Assembly: GCA_030704615.1 (NCBI GenBank)
Contig: CM060734.1
Location: forward strand, 31,000,001 to 31,064,000
Source: Takakia lepidozioides
Taxonomy: Eukaryota > Plantae > Bryophyta
Length of the DNA: 64,000 bases
Reading direction: 5' to 3'
This document shows positions 35,441 through 48,454 of this stretch, one piece after another. Numbering within the stretch: the stretch's first letter is position 1; every line of letters starts with the position of its first letter. Below the pieces are notes generated by a model. It had not been told where the DNA came from. It saw nothing but the letters and a program-made list of their open reading frames with translations, and made no database searches. The position numbers and the translations under genes were made by a program.

Positions 35441-38126
35441 AGTTCTCACTGCTTCGGCTCGATACTACGAAAACATATGGTAGCGCGGGAGACAAAAGGA
35501 GGCTAAGTCCAACCCTATGTGTTCACGGCTGAACGTGGGCAACCCTAAAGCAACTTTTTAAATTTTTTAACCTTTTGCACTTTGTGTCATTCCATTGACG
35601 CAAGTGCTTAGATGGATGAGGTCATCCAATAGATGAACCCATTCGTGTACATGCCTTAAGATGCCACGTGTAGTGATGTAGTCATATAAACATAGCTGTG
35701 AAATCTCATGTAGTCATGTAGTCATAAGCTTCTATGGCATATTATCAATGCGTAGTAATGGTGTAGTCATTTAGTCATAAGCTTATATGGCACGTGTTTG
35801 ACGTGTAGTAGTGCGTCTGACTACTAGTTATATAAACCAAGCCTATGTTCTTGGTCAACAATGTTTGACCGCAGCTCCTAATCATGTAGTAATATGTGTG
35901 ACTTCATTAGATTAAAATATATTAAAATGTGCCCAACAATGGGTTTCATCACTCTGTAGTCACATATATAGTCATGATTACCAAGGTTTATATCACCCCT
36001 AGTCATAAATACGACAATCTGTACTAGTGAGTATGCCCAAAATGGTGGTTATATTGGATTAATTCTCAACGACAGACAGACTTGGTTGTGGCACAAATAC
36101 TCCGCTTCAACCACATACACACTACAAGGAATCGCCGATTTAACGACTGGCGAAACGACTGCACAGTGAGTCGTTGCAGACAAAAAACGACTGGCCAACT
36201 CGGAGTGCCAACAGACTAGTCTCTTCGGACAGCCCAGTCGTTTCAGTCATGACGTGGTCAGAGTGATTTCGGTCAGTCCTTCCACCGACTGCGGCTCAAT
36301 TTTGTTTTTGTTTTTTTTTTTGGGGGGGGCACGTGGCAGCGCCGTGCGCGGCGTTGACTGAATATTGGACCTTGACCAAGTGGACTTTTGACCCAGGGGG
36401 TGCAACGACGCTGGAAATACAGCCGCGTGGCTATGGGGCGAAATGCCACGTGTTCTCTATCGTGGATGTAGCCATGTGTAGGCCTGAGGCCACACCGCGT
36501 GGCGCAATAAGTTGTCTTTGTCTTTACGACTTGCAAGTGGAGTCGACAACTAGAGTGTTGAAGTGATAGATGCAACTGGAGGTTTGAAATGCACTACTTC
36601 ACTAGTGATATACATCGACTGTGGGTTGGGAGCCAAGCATTCGTAGTGGTTGCAATGACTTGGGGGCTGCGGCTTGTGGTTCGTACATGTGCAATCCCAT
36701 TTTTACTGTCTCCGCATAACAACACAACACAATCCCTAGCAGTCACTGATCATCCCATTGCGGATGTGATTGAGACTGGAAAACATACATGGCATCCCAT
36801 CAAAGCACGAAAAAAAATAACATGATGAAGAACACATGACATTGTATTAAGATAATACCTCAAAACCGTCCCATACTTTGCACAAACTCATGAGTCCGTA
36901 ACGACCATGCTTGGAACTTTAAAAAAATTGTCGCATATGGAGAGAGCACAAAACTTGCTATTCTCCAGATTATATATAATACAACCCTAGCTTGCATGAT
37001 GTCTTCACCTCTTTCTTAGGCTGGCACAAGCTGCATTCAAAAGACATATGACGAAAACCTGTACAGAATCACCCTTCCGATAGTTGGCCTCAACATACTT
37101 CTGCATACACTGACAGCGAGCATATCAGTGTTCATTTTACTCCGAGACCACATCTGTTTAGGCATAATGCAGGTCAACATATGAGCATATGTTATGCTCC
37201 CACATTTGGCATGCATGTTTAATGTTAAAGATGATACCCCCTTCCACCAGTCTGAAGTCCAACAAACTATGATTCAACCCTAGCATTTTGCATGATTCAA
37301 AACTTCCATACAAACCTCTGCACATGAAAAAGAGAAGTCTCCTTCAGAGGACATGCTTTTTGCTATATTTTGAGAAGGAAATCGCCGTCTGTGACATGGG
37401 AATTAACTGTATCAACCTGTTGTGTCCTTGCCCGGAACTCCATAGCGTACATGGACTTAGAACTATAACCAGACTCTGCTCTCACAGCAGCTACCTGTGT
37501 TTCACCCACAGACAGTAAGACAAACAAAATTAGTCCACTATAAAGGGATTAGAAAACTAAAGCCAAAACGACCATGCTTAATGTTGTTAGGCCTACTTGA
37601 CTATATGCATTTGTCATATGCGATGACAACTCAAGCTCCAACCATGCCAAAACTTTAGAATATATTTAGCTTTTCACCCATGACAGGCATATCCTGCAAT
37701 CATCGAGTTCCATGACATCCCATCATCTCATTAGCCATATTCTCAAACACCCCTTTGCATCCTCAATGCTCCCATGTTTGGCACACATTTTTATCAGTTC
37801 AAAATGACATGTGGAATGATTCCAACTTTGACGATGTCACCATGGAGCTATTTTCCTCGTATGTCAAGCTTGCACATGCATTGCAAGAGAGAGACATAAG
37901 AACTGCTAAACTACCTCCTTCCTTCCAAATGACATCTGGTACAATTCCAGCTTTGATGATGTCACCATAGACCTCTTACCATTTTGCAGGGCTGCCAAGC
38001 TCAAGTACATGCATTTGCACAAACGCAAATTAATGTGATGTGGTTGGGCTTCACCCCTTTCTGCAACATTTGCTCATAGATCCAACCCCTATGCCGCCCA
38101 TATCCTGCAATCATGGCACTCCCAGC

Positions 38127-39655
38127 TATTGATCCACAGGGAATCATAGGTAATCTTGTGCAAGGTAAATCTGGCCCTCTTGGATGAATTTGGATCCACG
38201 CTCTATCCCTGCTCCTTCAGCTATGTATGGCTCTGCACAAATCATGCATTCATCGTTGTCTTCCTGCTAGCAGCTGACAATGATAGCCTATATTTGTTCT
38301 AGGAAACACCCAACTCAGCTTATCACACTCATTCCTATGCTAATTTGCGTCTGGTACTCTCTGTAATTATACAGGCATTCACCTTTTTGCCTCGGTTGTC
38401 CCACCATTGACTGGGGTCAGAAAAGTACTCATTCCACAGCTTCTCATCATCTCTGTTACCTGTTTCTGGATACTTTCATGTTGTCACTTTGGCAGTATCA
38501 TGTCAAAGTCACTCCAAACTATCAAAGGTTCACTCAACCAGCTAACTTGCAGAATTCAACATGGAAGAAGAAGGATTCTGATAAGAGGAAAAAACAGGGT
38601 GAAATGTGTTGAAGAAGGTGCCCTCATTAGCAATGTCTGATTTTATCAATTGTGGCGCCGCTGCTGCTGTGGCTTCCAGTTGACCATCTACCCATGCAGG
38701 TTTCTTGTAGCTATCCTTCCACGGTGAGAAGCTGGCCATTGGTTTTGGCATATCCACGGGAAATGATAGTGGGGTCTATCCAGCATAGGTGGGAAGTCAG
38801 CCCATAATTGCACTTGACTGAAGGGGTGATATTGGACTGACTTTGGTGACAGTGGATGGAATCAGAGTGTTGTCCTAATTTTGGGTTTGGGTGGTATGGC
38901 TGAACGAGATGTGGTGTCGTGTTTGTTGCATGAATTCTAGGCTGTCATTGTCAGTTGCTAGCAACAAGGCAAGGATGTATGCATGATTTGTCCAGAGGCA
39001 TGGATAGCTAAAGGAGCAGGGATGGAGTGTGGGTCCAGATTCATCCAAGAGGGTCGGATTTCAAGCTTCAGATCACCTATGACTCCCTGTGGAAGGATAG
39101 CTATAAGAAACTTGCATGGGTAGATGGTCAACTGGAAGCCGCAGCAGCATCGGCACGATTGATAAAATCAGGCACTGCTCATGAAGGCACCTTCTTCAAC
39201 ACGTTTCACCCTGTTTTTACCTCTTATCAGAATCGGCCCTAAATGTTGAATTCTGCAAGTTAGCTGGTTGAGTGAACCTTAAATAGTTTGGAGTGACTTT
39301 GACATGATACTGCCAATGTGACAACATGATAAGTATCCAGAAACAGGTAACAGAGATGAGGAGAAGTTGTGGAATGAATATTTTTCTGACCCAGTCAATA
39401 GTGGGACAATTGAGCAAAAAGGTGAATGCCTGTTGGATTACAAAGAGTAGCAGATGCAATTGAGCATATGAACTAGAGTGATAAGTTGAGTTGGGTGTTT
39501 CCTAGTACAGATGTAGGCTGTCATTGTCAGCTGCTAGTAGCAAGGCAAGGATGTATGCATGATTTGTGCAGAGGCATGGATAGCTGAAGGAGCAAAGATA
39601 GAGTGTGGGTCCAGATCATCCAAGAGGGCCGCATTTCAAGCTCCACATTACCTAC
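38127..39655. pseudogene. Inverted pair of PDF-motif gene fragments
   Basis: Minus strand: LWNEYFSDPSQWWDNRGKK and WKDSYKKPAWVDGQL. Plus-strand mirror at 38935-39655 retains a GT-AG intron between the WWDNR and PDFK halves. Confidence 0.8.
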
Positions 39656-42600
39656 GCAAAGAAAAAATTCATTTTCCTCCTCCCCCACATCATGCAATAC
39701 AAAGCGCTTGTCAGGCACATACCCCGCCTCCTTCATCTTCCCAGACAATCTTCTCAACTCAGCATGGATTTCCTTAATTCTGGGATGCAACTTGTCATCT
39801 ACAACAAAGGTGTGCATCATGTTGCCAACCTCAATGCAGCAGCGACCTGGCTCGTTTTTAACCCTTTGACCTTCATCATTCTTCTCACCTTTGCAGTATC
39901 ATCCCACCAGGTGTCAGCTGCAGCATAGATGTTGAGAGCAACACATAAGTCGCGACATCCTGTTCAGCCCACATGAGGATAGATGTTGCTGTACGTTCAG
40001 CCATCTCCACATTGCCATGATTCTACAGGCACCAAGCATGGCCTTCCACACCACAGCACCTGCATTTATGAGCATTTTATTAATCAGGTCCACTGCCTCA
40101 TCCGGTTGTCCCGCACGTCCAAGAAGGTCCACCCTGCAGCCAAAATGCTTTACTGTCGTAGTGACACCACGATCTTGAATCAGGGAATCAAAGTAGCGTC
40201 TTCCTTCATTCAATAGGCCAGCATGGCTGCATGCAGAGAGAACACATATAAAGGTGATATTGCTCGGCTTCAAGCCGTTCTTTTGCCTTCCTTCAAATAG
40301 TTGCACGACCTCCCTATGACAACCATGATGTGCATATCCTGGGATCATCGCATTCCATGACACCACATCTCGTTCAATCATATTGTCGAACACTCCCTTT
40401 GCATCTTGCATGCACCCACATTTGGCATACATGTCCACCAAGGCAGTGTTCAAGATCACTTCTGGGGTACAATTCCAGCTTTGACGATGTCGCCATGCAC
40501 CTCTTCACCCTTTTCCAGGGCTGCCAGGCTTGCACACGCACTGCAAACGCACACAAATGTGATGTGGTCGGGCTTCACCCCGTCGCACATCATTTGCTCA
40601 TAGGTCTCCAAAGCCTCCATCCCATATCCCTGCTGTGCAAACCCTGCAAACATCGCACTCCACGACACCACATCTTGTTCAGCCATAGTGTTGAACACTC
40701 CCTTTGCATCCTCGATGCACCCACATTTTGCAAACATGTCCACCAGGGTCTTGTTCAGAATGACATCTGGTACAATTCCAGCTCTGAAGATGTCGCCATG
40801 CACCTCTTTCCCCTTTTCCAGAGCTGTCAGGGCAGTGTTCAGATTGACATTTGGAACAATTCCAGCTTTGATGATATCCCCATGCACCTCTTTGCCCTTC
40901 TCCAGGGCTGCCAGGCTTGCACAAACATTGCAAATGCACACAAACATGATGTGTTTCCCCCATCATTTGCTCATAGGTCTCCAAAGCCTCCATCCCACGT
41001 CCCTGCTGTGCATACCTGCAAGCAGCGCACTCCACGACACCACATCTCCTAGGTTTCCAAAGCCTCCATCCCACGTCCTTGCTGTGCATACCCTGCAAGC
41101 ATCGCACTCCACGACACCACATCTCGTTCAGCCATAGTGTCGAACACTCCCTTTGCATCCTCGATGCACCCACATTTTACACAAAATGTCCACTAGGGCA
41201 ATGTTCAGAATGACATTTGCTACAATTCCAGCTCTGACGATGTCACCATGGATCTCTTTGCCCTCTTCCAGAGTTGCCAGGGCAGTGTTCAGAATGACAT
41301 TTGGTACAATTACAGCTTTGATGATGTCTCCATGCACCTCTTTGCCCTTTTCCAACGCTGCCAGGCTTGCACAAGCATTGCAAATGCACACAAACGTGAT
41401 GTGGTTGGGCTTCACCCCTTCCCCCATCATGTGATCATCGGTCTCCAAGCCTCCATATCTGCTGTACATGCCCTGCAAGCATCACGTTCCATGACACTAA
41501 TGACATCTGGTACACTTCTAGCTTTGAAGATGTCACCGTGGACCTCTTCCCCTTTTTCCAGGGCTCCCAGGCAAATACAACCACAATCGTGATGTGGTTC
41601 GGCTTCACCCCTTTGTGCATCATTCGCTCATCCAAAACATCGTACCACATACATATATGAATTTGCTGAAATGCTCCTTGGTTTAAAGTCTGTAGAGCCT
41701 CTTTCAGTCTGCCTACCTCACAAAGCATCTTCACATGCACAGAAGAGCCAGAAGAGGCATTATGAACTCCCTCTCTTGATCCTCTTTCAGAAGCCAACGC
41801 GCTAACTTACAGAATTCAGTATGCATCTCAGGGCTGAGCCTCAGTCCCGCGCCCAAGCTGTGCATATCCGCCCTCAGGAATCTTGGCTCATAGATGGCTT
41901 CCAACACCATCCCCACGGCCCCCTGCACCACTTTGTCTCCAGGACTGGCATAACAAGGCCACAGGTTGCGCTTCTAAAGCCTCAACCTATGATTTATAGT
42001 GCAGCCATTCAGAGAGCCACGGTTTCAACTACTTAATTAGCCAAGGACTCACTCAGAATAGTGCCAAGTCTTGGTTCCTATCCATCAATTCCATAATATA
42101 GAAAGGCTTTCGCCTTTCGAGCAGTCCTGCGATCATGGCGTTACAAAACACCACATCTCCTTCAGTCATATTGTCGAACACTCCCTTTGCATCCTCGATG
42201 CACCCACAATTGGCATACATGTCCATGAGGGTATTGTTCAGAACAATATCTGGTTCAATTTCCGCTTTGATGATGTCACCATGGACCTCTCTGCCCTTTT
42301 CCAGGGCTGCTAGGCTTGCACACGCATTGCAGACACAAATAAAGGTGATGTGGTTGGGCTTCACCCCTTCCCATACATTTGCTCATAGGTCTCCAAAGCC
42401 TTCATCCCGCACCCATGTTGTGCATATCCTGCAATCATTCCATTCCAAGACTCCACATTTTGTTGAGCCATATTTAGATCGAACACTCCCTTTGCATCCT
42501 CAATGCACCCACATTTAGCATACATGTCTACCAGGATACTATTCAGAATAACGTCTGGTAAAATTCCAGCTTTGGACAATGTCCCCATGGACTTCTTTGC

Positions 42601-42960
42601 CCTTATCCAGCGCTGCCAGGCTTGCACACACACCTTGCAAACCTAACCTGGGGTGATCGGGTCGGGCTTCACCCCTTCCCTCATCATTTGCTTGTATGTC
42701 TCCAAAGCCTCTATGCCACGCCTATGTTGTGCATAAGCTATGATCATCGCAGTCCAAGACAACACATCTCGTTCGGCCATATTGTCCAACACTCCCTTTG
42801 CATCCTCGCTGCTCCCACATTTCGCATACTTGTTCATCATAGCAGTGTTCAGAACAACATCTGGTACGATTCCAGCTTTGACAATGTCAGCATGGACCTC
42901 TTTGCCCTTTTCCAAGGCTGCCAGGATCACACACGCATTGCAAACACAAACATGGGTGAT
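39650..42960 (-). pseudogene. Scrambled PLS-PPR array with E/E+ and PG-box region, truncated before the DYW core
   Basis: Many P/L/S motifs; SACSHAGLLNEG, VDLLGRAG, PGRCCIEVG..HTFVVDDKLHP..MKEAGYVPD..VLHDV. A detached HGEKLAIGFGIST lies at ~38720-38760 (+). Confidence 0.9.
41875..41990 (-). pseudogene. Group II intron maturase/RT fragment
   Basis: ASPGDKVVQGAVGMVLEAIYEPRF matches the RT-2 consensus (P.DK.VQ....LE.IYEP.F). Confidence 0.75.
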
Positions 42961-43682
42961 ATACTTCCTGTGTCGATGTACAAAGGGGGTGGCGAGGACG
43001 GATGTGTACGAAAAGAAAAAGGGATATGAAGGAAGAGGGGCTGCACTTGTCGGAGTAGATGAGGGAAGGGAGGACGAAGGAGATGGAGGTCGCTTATGAC
43101 TTGCAAGTCTCACTAAGTCCTCAAGCCCCCTCACCGCGACTTACGAAGCAGAGAGAGTCTCCTTTACTCTATAGAAAATCGACGCGTGTCATTATAGAAC
43201 TAAGAAATAATGCCATATAGGTTACAATTAATAAAAATGTCCCTGGGGGGGTCCAACCCGCAGTCGTTAAAACAACTCCAATTATCATAATATTAAAAAT
43301 ATCTATTTTTCTATTTTTTGGAAATCGACGTATAAATTGGCGCCAAACCCGCAGTGGTTTCGGCAACTTCTGATCCTCATCCGCCATGCCACCGTGGCCC
43401 CAATTTTGTGACGACTGGCAAGTCGTCATTCAGAACCTGGAGTCCAAGGCGCAGTCGTTTCGGACAGAATCGCAACCGCGAGTCGGGTGTAAGAAGCACC
43501 TATTCCTTGTAGTGACACCAACCAACTGCAGCCTCCCAGACAAGACTTTGCTACAAAAATATGCTGGCTTGTAGACCGCTACCTGTATGATATCTCCCCA
43601 AAAAAACCTCACTCTCCCCTCAAACTAACACAAGCTTATACCCACAATACGATTTCCCCGGACATTCTTGCACTCCTCATCA

Positions 43683-44300
43683 CACTAGAAGAGAAACCGG
43701 CTTTTTCCACGGGTATGCCATCTCACACCTGGCACATTCCACGGTTTTATCACGGGTCTGTAGACTGAGCCAAGGTGTGGGTCTAAATATGCCCTAACTG
43801 TGGGGTGTCTCACATGTGGTCCACACCCCAGGCAAGAACGATGTGAAAACAGCCATGAGCGTGGCAAGGGTTGGCTTAGTTTACATGGCATGTTACACAC
43901 CTGTGTGAAATGGGACCATACAATTATTTCCACTGATTGTGGTGTATGGGTTTAGTTAGTACTCCGCTGCAAATGGAATAAATCATGAACTTCAGAAATC
44001 TGCCCTCGGAAAGACGAAGAGGTGGTCGTCGCACTTTGCAATGTAAACCGAATGCAATGCAAGCTTAACAGTCCTCATATTATGATTGAAGGGAGTCAAA
44101 TTAAGTGTGGCCATATCAGTGCAGGGACATAAATATGAATCATTCAACATTGTACAATGAAACAGGGGTAGAGCTAGTACATGGTACCTTTAAAACTTGT
44201 TACAGAGTGCAAAAGGTTTAATTTTTTTTGCAAAAAATGCTTGTAGGGTTTGCAAAAGGTTATTTAAAAAAAAAGGTTGCCCATCCCGGTAGCTGTGAAC
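43683..44300. mobile_element. Left end of CACTA element 3 (right TIR not seen in the window)
   Basis: CACTAGAAGAGAAACCGG start with ccacgg/tgtgg subterminal repeats, interrupting the same LINE. Confidence 0.7.
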
Positions 44301-44379
44301 AGTGGGTTGGGACTTAGAGCGAGCGAGCGAGAGGGAGAGAGAGAGGGCTGGGACTTAGAGCAGCGCGCGGGAGGGAGGG

Positions 44380-45394
44380 CAATGTTGGAGGCCCGCAGTT
44401 GGAGCAACCTTCGCATCTGAAAAGCAAGCAACCCGAAAAACGCTAGGGTATGTGGGCAAGGACTAGGGTCGGCTGAGAGCTCGCCGTTCTGAGGAGGTCA
44501 GCTTGGTCTTAAGTTGAGGACAATGTCGTGAGGGCACCTTCTTCTTCGACCTATTTCAGCCTGTTTTGCGCTCTCATCAGACTCAGCCCTGAATTTGCAG
44601 GCACGGAGCAGAGTTGGCATGAGTTTTTAAAGATCATCACGATGGTGGGACAACCGCAATCGCAAAGTGTGGTTTTTTCTAATGTACGATGTGAAGAAGT
44701 TTGTCCATCCTGCAAATGTGGGCTCTTGGCTCCGGTTAGTACCGTGCTTTGGTATCTTTCCTGATGCTTACAAGGTTCTTGGAAGAGTCAGGGTCTTAGC
44801 AGGCCGTGCTTCAATTTCTGCCCGCTCAGTTGCACCGTGGTGATTCTCACAGACCAATCAGACATTACCTGACTACAGACACAAGCAGCACACACAAGAG
44901 GTTCTCTAGGTTCATGGTCAGTCAAATCCTCCATGGGTCATGACACAGGTCAAGGACAATGTGGGGTGAGGGCACCTTCTTCTTTGACCTATTTCAGCCT
45001 GTTTTTCCCTCCCATCAGACTCGGTTGATAGAACCAGGCAGCGGTAACGGAGGCACCTTCTTCAATACATTTCAGCCTGTCTTCCTTTTGTATCTAGAGT
45101 TGTCCCTAAATTTTCATGTTGAATTCTGCAAGAACTCTTGGTGGATCTATGGTACCGGGGGTTTTGAAGTGATTTGACATGTTACTGCCTATGTGGCAAC
45201 AAGAAAGTATTGAAAACAGATAACAGAAACTAGGAGAAGCTCTGGAATGAAGGAGCAGGGATAGAGTGTGGGTTGAGAAGGGATAGAGGTGGGTTGAGAT
45301 TCATCGAAGCATGGCCGGATTCAAGCTCCCATATCACCTATGATTCCCTGTGGAAGGATAGCTACAACAAACTTGCATGGGTAGATGGTCAATT
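44380..45394 (+). pseudogene. 5' part of a PDF-PPR gene (N-terminal region, WWDNR, degenerate PDF)
   Basis: ATG at ~44382 after GA repeats; WWDNRNRK at ~44643; PDSSSHITYDSLWKDSYNKLAWVDGQL ends at the MULE insertion. Confidence 0.65.
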
Positions 45395-45636
45395 GCCTAG
45401 TTGCAAATTTGGACGTGACGTGGCGTTGACGCGTCAGCGTCATGTCCAACATTCAGCCGACGGACGTGCGTCACGTCACGTCCTAAACCGACGTACTGTA
45501 CGATAGAATATGTTTATTTTTTTACTTTACTTGACTATTACTACGAGAACCGACGTGGCAACCGATGTGGCCTCATTACGTGGACTTCATTAATTATCTT
45601 TAAAATTCATATATTATGATTTATATTGTCAATCAT

Positions 45637-46012
45637 GCGACCGACAGCAAAGGGTGGTCGGACAATTTTTTTTTTATAACAAATAGGTGCGACCACCAGA
45701 AGAGAGGTGGTCGCACATTTTTTCTTATTTTAAATGGGTGCGACACCAGCAGGTGGTGGTGGTCGCAGCATTTTTCATTTTTTTAATAGGTGGTCCATAA
45801 GCAGAGGGTGGTCGCACATTTTTTCTTTTTTTTTAAATTGGGTGCGACCACCAGAGGGGGATGTCACACATTTAATTATTTTTAAAATGGGTACGACCAC
45901 CAGCCGGGGGTGGTCGTAGACTTTTTCTTTTTTGGTATTAGGTGCTACTCGCTTTTTGTTACATTTTTATTTTGTTTTACCACCACCAGTGGGGGGGGGG
46001 GGGTCGCTTCGC
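45637..46012. repeat. Array of gcgaccacc-N4-8-ggtggtcgc palindromes with T-rich spacers
   Basis: Seen directly; the same motif occurs at 54984-56115 and, inverted, at 58870-59385. Confidence 0.85.
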
Positions 46013-46419
46013 AGCCTTTTTTTTTGTGTTTATTAGCTTCTGACCCCCACCTCCCGACCGTACACCATGGAATTGGGCTTTTTTGATGGAGTATGGGCAG
46101 CAGAGAGATGTCACGCCGGCGCCTCTCCAGCACAGGCTCAGAGAGAAGGGGCCTCCCCCCATTCCCAACCCATTTTTTTTCCTCTCTGTGAGTGCGGTTC
46201 TAGGGTTTCTGGAGTTTTGAACTTTGGTGGCCACACTGAGCGTGTGGGGTGGGGGAGAAAGTGTTTGATTTGGGTGTTGGAGTGCTTTGGTGGAGGAGTT
46301 TTGCCTTTTTTTCCTGGGATTGCGGGAGATTTTGCTTGGGTACTTAACCAATAGAGGGTGAGGAAATTGGTCTGCTAGTATATATAGGTTATCAATAGTC
46401 TGGGGTTTATTTTTCCGTT

Positions 46420-47620
46420 ATGAAGCCGCGTCTATCCGCAGAGTACTTTCATCATGTCCGGAAACGTTGCTTCGAACGCAGAGTGACAGGGGGTTCCTCG
46501 GGAACTTGGCGTAAAGGTAGGAAGCGTAAACATGCACATGAACGGGATAGTCAGGTCAACAAAAAAGACTATCCAAGCGCAGAGGCCGCGAAGGTGGTGA
46601 AGCAAGTAGTGCTGGATTATTTGAAGGACAATGACATAATGCGTTTGAATCTTTTGTATGTCCGACATGGGAATGAGGGGTTCCTTAGATTCCAGCATAA
46701 TATGCAGATGAGAATGAGAGAGGCTTTGGCCGGGGATGAATGGGAGGAGGACAGGGCGAAGTAGTTCAGTTCATGAAATGGATGGAGGACCGGGCCCATG
46801 ATGCCACATGGAATCTGAGGCAACCATGGACAAGTTTGTTACGAGAACACCTATAGCTGAAGGTCGCATGCCAACTTTGGATGATAAGTTGTTTGTGCTT
46901 GTGGATTGGTGGTCTGACGTGGCAAAGGCCCATGCCAAACGACGTACGAAACCACTCCCATGGAAGACAGGGTCCTCGTCCGCGGATGCGGCATTGAACA
47001 TGAGATACATATCCACAAACGCACAGGTACAACAATTCGACGCGCACAAACATGGAGGATATGGTACAATTCGGAGGGTTAGAATTGTTGGGGATCAATT
47101 CATTCCTTCATCTTGGGAGCTAGCAGGGAAAGTGTTGATAGGAAATGGAGGAATGATCGGGAATAACAGGGAGTTAATGGAACGACCGGGGACGGAGCAG
47201 GAATGCAGGAGGACAACCGACTGGTTCGATTCCGACAGAAATCGTACCCAATTGGCATGGGCGCTTTTGCACATCATGCTTCAACGTCCATAATCACCAC
47301 CTCTTGCACAACGACATGTCCCGACAATCTTGTTGCATTTTCCACAAGGTCTGAAGATGGTACATTGGGGTCATGCGATTGGGGGGATGGCCTCCACGAC
47401 GGATGACCCAAAAACCACGTTGTACATTTTCGAGAGTAAGATGATCAAAGACTCTCGCACATAGATGTTGGATTGCACCTGAAATTGCAATTGTTCATAA
47501 TGTAGCCAACACCCAGTCAGATGGCACAACCTCGTAGGCCCCCTCTAACCGCTGCCATCAGAGACCGTTGCAAGTTAGGAAGATAGCCCAGACATATCAA
47601 ATGGGGGTAACACGTCGATG
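46420..47620 (+). pseudogene. Protein kinase-like gene (degenerate)
   Basis: GGYGTIRRV (Gly loop), ELAGK, HLLHNDMS (catalytic loop), CDWG (DFG equivalent), WIAPE; stops and frameshifts. Confidence 0.7.
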
Positions 47621-48454
47621 CAAGCCTGTTCAACGATATGTCTACCGGAACCTGTTTTGTGTCGGCTCTGGAAAACTTGTGTGTAACACAGTAGAGTTGC
47701 GGTACAAACTAGAAAATGTTGTGAAGCGTTTTATGACGGGGGCTACTTCAATTGGCCTGAGCCCAAAATTTGGCTGGAGGGATGGATATAAAACTTGTTA
47801 GACCTCTGACTGTACATCATGTTTGAATAAATGTTGTTTTTCAATTGTGTTTGTCTCGTACCATAATGTTTTAATGGTTTTGTGTTACTTGGGCCATGGC
47901 ACCTAGGTCCATCATATTGGGATAATCAAGCATCACACACCCACGAATCTTGAAGGGTGACGGTGTACACGGGTCAATGGTGTGAACCAATCGTTTCCTC
48001 TTCCGCAAATGATTTTAGATTGATTTGAAACTTTGGAGTGTCTTGTACATGCCCCTCTTAAGTTCCGGACAAGTATGAGGTCAATCTAAATGGTTCTAAG
48101 GTGAACCAATAATTTTCCTATTAACTGATTCATGATTGAAAATTGGTTGAATATTTTCAACGAGTCGTTCGGGGGCAAATGATTTTCTTTCTTTCTTTCG
48201 CTGCAACTTTCTTACGTGATTTGTAACTACTTAAGCACATATGGACAAGTTGAACTTCAACAAAGTTGTTTGAAATGGGTTATTAATTCATAAGGATAAA
48301 CACCTTCGTCTGCACATGAATTGTTTTTTAATTCCAATTCTGGAAGCCATATGCTTGATAAACACATGACGATTGCATGCAAATTCACCATGAACAGAAC
48401 GGGTCTGCAAGCCAAAATTCCCTCATTTCGCATGAAGTTGAAGATAATTTCACC

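Larger units (their letters stand above)
32194..36029. mobile_element. Pack-CACTA element 1
   Basis: TIR CACTAGTACAGATT(A/G)TCGT(T/A)TTTATGAC at both ends, gactac/gtagtc subterminal repeats, flanks tgt/agt. Possible TnpA-like remnant at ~33130-33295 (-). Confidence 0.9.
36120..43514. mobile_element. Pack-CACTA element 2
   Basis: TIR CACTACAAGGAA / TTCCTTGTAGTG, exact ACA 3 bp TSD, acgactg subterminal repeats. Confidence 0.93.
30790..43682 (+). mobile_element. Internal (post-RT) segment of an RLE-type LINE in three pieces: 30790-32193, 36030-36119, 43515-43682
   Basis: YSFYAAPFSLPDIKQLDK..ICGLPTSTPNALTQLPTDSYGIG; ITDCNPDKDI | YAQNGGYIG..WLWHKY | LQPPRQDFATKICWLVDRY appears to read on across the CACTA insertions. 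Confidence 0.65.

Noticed and set aside
41875-41990. Intact group II intron
   Set aside because: Only a short RT-2 fragment; no domain V or YADD region seen.
39527-42960. Functional PPR-DYW editing factor gene
   Set aside because: Multiple frameshifts, scrambled motif order, DYW core missing, and it lies inside a CACTA.
40330-43100. Long plus-strand ORFs over the PPR region
   Set aside because: Antisense shadows of repetitive PPR coding sequence.
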